Source of the DNA: Psammoneis japonica
Taxonomy: Eukaryota
Assembly: GCA_008632985.1 (NCBI GenBank)
Contig: QPGO01000163.1
Location: 62,001-126,000, forward strand
Reading direction: 5' to 3'
Length of the DNA: 64,000 bases
The position numbers and the translations under genes were made by a program. How positions within the stretch are numbered: the first letter of the stretch is position 1; every line of letters begins with the position of its first letter. Below the pieces are notes generated by a model, which was not told the DNA's origin, did no database searches, and was given only the letters and a program-made list of their open reading frames with translations. This document shows, piece after piece, positions 59,290 through 64,000 of this stretch.

Positions 59290-61850
59290 TGTGAGACATG
59301 TGTGATTCTGCAACATGATGTGTGCAATTACAGCACGTTTCAAAAACTCCTCACAGCAGAGAAAAACACACACAAAGCGCTCGCAAAAAAGGAACTTTTG
59401 TTTGCCCGCACGTTTTTGTCAGCATCACTCATCAACAATTTTGTGGTGCTCCTCCTGGCACGGCCGTCCCACTGAGACTGCAAAAACTTGCTGGTGCTGC
59501 ATGCAGGATGCTGATGCAGGTTGCTGATGTGCCACACATTGCTGTGTCTTTGCTCTCTTGACTCATGTCCGCACACAACTGCGCGCAAGCACAAAAGAAG
59601 CCAAGGGCACTTTTTGAGCGTGCGCAAGCAAAAAAAAAAAAGACCGCACCCCCTCTTTGTGTGTGTGGAAATGATGCTTGCAATTTTTGTGGCTTGCACC
59701 TCATTTTTGGGGGGCTCTTTTGGGGCCAGGCCTTTTTGCCCATTCAAAAGTGCTTTCAAAACTGGTGTGTGTGTGTGCATCTCTGGGCAAGTTTTTTTTT
59801 TCAATTGCACCCATGATTTGATTTGTGCGTGAAGGGCTCCTCTGTGCTTGCAAAAAAGCACAGCCAAGCAAAGCAGCGCTGTCAAGACACCATGTGACTG
59901 GCTCACAGGAATTTAAAAAAAGAGTGGCCCCATTGACAACAAGCTGCTGCAGGGGATGAGATTGATCCATTGCTTTTGAAGTTGATGCTCCTTTTCAAGG
60001 TGCAACGGCTGTTGCTTTGGAACCAGAATGAGGCCTGCAAATCATCATGTGTCCTGTGTCTGCAAACTTGTCTTGCCCAAAACTGTGCAGATCTTGCCTC
60101 ACCAGACAGCTGGACAGAGCAACCATTGGTGCTGGCAGCACAGAGTGAGATGATGTTGTTTTTCATTTTGCTTGCAATCACTCACACCTCCAATGCTGGA
60201 CTCTGCAGGTTGTCTGCAGTGTCTCCTGGGTCAAATGTCAACACAGCACCATCATGTCCACTGTCAACTGGAGAGAGATCATGCATGACCTGTGTGTCCC
60301 CAAGGCACACAAGCTGAAATTGGTCACTCAAAAAAGTTTGCCACAATGAGAAAAAACAGAAAGTTTGAACAACTCAATCTCTGTCATCATGCCCCCAAGG
60401 CATGTGTTCAGAGAGCAGGTTCTGCCCCCCAAGGGTGCAGTGTGGCACTCAACTGAGCATGGTCACATTCTTCATTCAGGATCAACCCAGGGGGCTGCAG
60501 CACATGTGCATCATTTCCTCCTCTCATGAACCTGGGACCTCAGTGCAATGCCAACAGCACCCATTTCAAAACATTTCACACACACCAGACCCCAAAAACA
60601 TTGCACATTTTTTTTTTTAACAGAGAAATGCAGAAACCAAGTGAAAGGTTTTTGACAATGGGCAAAAGCACCCAAAAGAAGATGCTTTGTGTGTTTTCAG
60701 CACCCATTTTTTGTGTGGCCCCACCAACAAAATTTCTAAAGAGACTCTTCAGGTGGCTGTTGCTTGTGCTTGGCATTTCAAATTGACGCTGCTGTGCAGC
60801 CATTCCCCCCATTCTTGTCAACTTGAGCTGTGGTGCGTGTCTGGCTTTTCTTGACAGCGGTGCACTGCTCTCTCCTTTTCAACAAAAAAACAAATGTCGT
60901 CAAATCAATGTGAGGACTTTGAACTGCTGCACCCCAGTGTGTCTGTCTTGGCTCCATTTTTCAGCACAGTCATCATCAACAAATGTGCTGCAGCTCCAGA
61001 CTGTCATTGCTGGGTGGAAAGTGCTGCTTTGTTTGACAAGTTCACTGAGGCACCGAGGCCCCAAAATGCTGTCTTGATGAGAAAGCAGCATTGTCTCCAT
61101 TGGAAAGAGAAGAACTCAAAACACAAGAAAAATGTGTGGCACTGGCGTGGGCAGTGCAATGGACATTGGGAAAAGACCCAATGTCTGGAAAAACTTAAAT
61201 CAACGCAGGCCAGTTGGCACAGAACAGATGCCAAATTGCTGAGTTGAGCAATGCTTGGCACTGCAGGCAGTGATGCAGAAATGCAGCTCATTTGGTTGCA
61301 CATGTCATCAACCCAAAAACCATCAGTTGACTGATGTTCTTTTTTTTTCTTGCCTTTTTTTTTTCATCACACCATGGCAGCTGCAACTTGTTGGGCACAC
61401 TGAAAATCACTTGCGATGCAGGCTGTCCATTCCTGAGACTCCCACGCCAATGGCAAGAGGCGCCACATGATTTTGAGCCATCAGAGGCCAAGCATCTTTT
61501 CCTGATGGTTGGCTGCACTGATGTTGCCCATGCCAATGACCCACACAAGAGATGCTCTGCTGCTGCCACTGTGGGATGTGCACATGCACTTGCTGGTGCA
61601 GCGAGCTCTTCTCACCTTTGCAACATGGACGCACAGAGGTTCACAGCTGCAAGTTGGACAGAGACCAAATTTCTTCAAGTTTTTGCTGGGTCGAGGAATG
61701 TTCTCTGCCTGCAATCTGTGCTGGAGGAGTTGGGCATTCCCCACCAGCCAGGGCCAAATCCCTTTCTCATTGACAGCTCATCTGCAATTAAGATGACAAA
61801 TCAATTGGTCCCAGCAGAGGGATTGCGGCACATTGACAGGGATTCCAAAC
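59290..61850 (+). mobile_element. TpA-depleted block ending in a Ty1/copia RNase H relic
   Basis: GCTDVAHAND...RCS and TETKF...LQSVLEELG...LIDSSSAIKM...LRHID at ~61500-61840; the upstream part is not classifiable. Confidence 0.65.
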
Positions 61851-62750
61851 CTTTGAAGCTCACAGCAAAATGCTTTTTTTGCTCTGCTGCAGTTTTCATT
61901 GCAACAAATTCTGACCCGCCAAGAAGTTGAGGACTGCAAGGGACTTCTTTTTCTCATTTCTGTGAATTCTTTTGTCGCAAGAAATGTGCTGCCAGCTCTT
62001 TTCACCTTTGCAACATGGACGCACAGAGGTTCACAGCTGCAAGTTGGACAGAGAACAAATTTCTTGAAGTTTTTGCTGGGTCGAAGAATGTTCTCTACCT
62101 GCAATCTGCGCTGGAGGAATTGGGTGTTCCCCAGCCAGGGCCAAATCCCTTTCTGATTGACAGCTCATCTGCAATTAAGATGACAAATCAATTGGTCCCA
62201 GCAGAGGGATTGCGGCACATTGACAGGGATTCCAAACCTTTGAAGCTCACAGCAAAATGCTTTTTTTGCTCTGCTGCAGTTTTCATTGCAACAAATTCTG
62301 ACCCGCCAAGAAGTTGAGGACTGCAAGGGACTTCTTTTTCTCATTTCTGTGAATTCTTTTGTCGCAAGCAATGTGCTGCCAGCTCTTTTCACCTTTGCAA
62401 CATGGACGCACAGAGGTTCACAGCTGCAAGTTGGACAGAGAACAAATTTCTTGAAGTTTTTGCTGGGTCGAAGAATGTTCTCTACCTGCAATCTGCGCTG
62501 GAGGAATTGGGTGTTCCCCAGCCAGGGCCAAATCCCTTTCTGATTGACAGCTCATCTGCAATTAAGATGACAAATCAATTGGTCCCAGCAGAGGGATTGC
62601 GGCACATTGACAGGGATTCCAAACCTTTGAAGCTCACAGCAAAATGCTTTTTTTGCTCTGCTGCAGTTTTCATTGCAACAAATTCTGACCCGCCAAGAAG
62701 TTGAGGACTGCAAGGGACTTCTTTTTCTCATTTCTGTGAATTCTTTTGTC
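61604..62750. repeat. Three tandem copies of a 387-bp unit (first is 390 bp) containing the copia RNase H end
   Basis: Identical ORFs at 62015 and 62402 (period 387); units 2 and 3 are essentially identical. Confidence 0.95.
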
Positions 62751-62833
62751 GTAATTAACTTAAGCAATGTGCTGCAGCATTTAAGGAAATCCAGGTGTCT
62801 TGAAGAACACCCCGCACTATGCTGCTTGCATGC

Positions 62834-64000
62834 TCATTGCAGCTGACCGTCCAAACTACTTACTCGCGGATTTCCCACTAGTGTTACGGTAGGCCTGGCT
62901 TCATTTCTGAGTTCATTGGAAAGAGCCATCAAAATGTCCTTTGCTTCTTCATCTTTCTCCCCTCGTCGGAGAGCGAATTGGGGTTCAAGCACCATTGGCA
63001 CTCCAATGTTCGCACGAATATAAGGATGTGACGCCATAACCTCACTAACCGCTGCTCCACCAGATGTAAGCTTGACAAAAGCATCAGTTACCCCAAAAGA
63101 ATCATCGTCCGGGATGCGAATAATACAAGCCACAGGTTTATTTCCAATGACTTTTTCGGCCAAACACCCATTAAAAGCATAGTCCTCATCGGTAGACGAC
63201 GTTGGCGATCCAAATACAATGAGGAGACACAACGCCTGCGTACAGCCACTCTCGGTAGCCCTGTCCAACATCTTTTCGCATTCTTGTTTCGCTCGCTTCG
63301 GTGAAAAATAGTGATGTGATTTGATGGAAATGAAAAGCGGTGCAAAGGATATCTCACTCGTGATTGAACTGTAAATTCGGATGGCACCTGCCATATCAAT
63401 TAAAGGGCAGCCTCCAAAAACATAAAAAGCGGTAGCGGATTCGTATACGTACTTCAAGAAGCCTTGGTCCTTCAAACCCTCCCAACTGACTCCGTAAGAA
63501 CGAAGGTAGTTGCGGCAGACTTGAATGAAGTTTACCGTCACCTTGGTATTTGAAGAAGGCACAACGGGATTTTTGGGGTGCCCTCCGCACTGCAAAGTAC
63601 CAAGCCAATCGTCCAAGGAAACAGAGAACGTTTCTTCTCGCATGGGTCGACGTAACTCATCCCCACAGAGCAACAAGTAAAAGGCAACCATCACTTCACC
63701 AAAATCACCCTTCTCGGGAATACAGATACCCCGAGAGAATAATTTAGCCATCTTCCCGACCCACCACTGTGGTTTCTTCCCATTGAATAGCCCGCATGCG
63801 AACTCTGGATCCATCAAGCGCATAGCAAGACGGGCGCACACGGGATCGGTCATAAAGCACATTCTGGCAGAACCCGATGAGACCGAGGTAAGGTTTGCAT
63901 ATCCGTTGGCAACGAGATCGGAAGCGATTGAAAAGGTCGTTTGGCCCATTTGCACCCTAGTAGCAAGAACACTGAGACATGCGGGCAAGCTGTTCTCCCA
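62834..64000 (-). CDS. Crinkler-like NTPase/REase-type protein, C-terminal part (5' end outside window)
   Basis: Open frame to the window edge; EKGDFGEVMVAFYLLLCGD, VNFIQV, CPLIDM...FISIK resemble CR-REase motifs; normal TpA. Confidence 0.65.
   Translation of the reverse strand, partial: WENSLPACLSVLATRVQMGQTTFSIASDLVANGYANLTSVSSGSARMCFMTDPVCARLAMRLMDPEFACGLFNGKKPQWWVGKMAKLFSRGICIPEKGDFGEVMVAFYLLLCGDELRRPMREETFSVSLDDWLGTLQCGGHPKNPVVPSSNTKVTVNFIQVCRNYLRSYGVSWEGLKDQGFLKYVYESATAFYVFGGCPLIDMAGAIRIYSSITSEISFAPLFISIKSHHYFSPKRAKQECEKMLDRATESGCTQALCLLIVFGSPTSSTDEDYAFNGCLAEKVIGNKPVACIIRIPDDDSFGVTDAFVKLTSGGAAVSEVMASHPYIRANIGVPMVLEPQFALRRGEKDEEAKDILMALSNELRNEARPTVTLVGNPRVSSLDGQLQ

Noticed and set aside
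61604..62750. CRISPR array or LTR pair
   Set aside because: Long head-to-tail units without unique spacers; the content is copia RNase H coding sequence with no TG...CA LTR structure.
62793..62824. TGTCTTGAAGAACACAC-like match to the right half of the subfamily A MITE palindrome
   Set aside because: Too short, with no left arm or TIR; could be chance.

Overview
Eukaryotic, intron-containing DNA, most likely from a pennate diatom (inferred from CoDi-type Ty1/copia and APE-LINE relics, ~85-115 nt GT-AG introns and the gene types). About three quarters is nested, decayed mobile DNA: a LINE, three copia relics, a DDE/PHD element, two ~10.7-kb copies of a Plavaka/CACTA-like transposon (CATCAGAG termini, 2-bp TSD) and two MITE families. 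Islands of intact genes lie between: CAP/PR-1 protein, a 3-exon LRR-ankyrin-kinase, two Crinkler-like nucleases, a GCK/twin-CX9C protein and a Cys-rich repeat protein. The main unexplained signal is that the repeat blocks have lost nearly all TpA by TA->TG/CA transitions (Tyr->Cys/His at conserved positions, surviving TA mostly in YTAR), on top of ordinary CpG decay. Adjacent genes keep normal TpA and the borders are sharp. This looks like a repeat-directed hypermutation process running opposite to fungal RIP. It also appears to have touched the LRR exon of an intact receptor-like gene. The Plavaka-like element carries a cargo ORF with TET/JBP-like, HhH-like and methyltransferase-like motifs. 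Domain calls come from motif recognition by eye and all counts are manual estimates.
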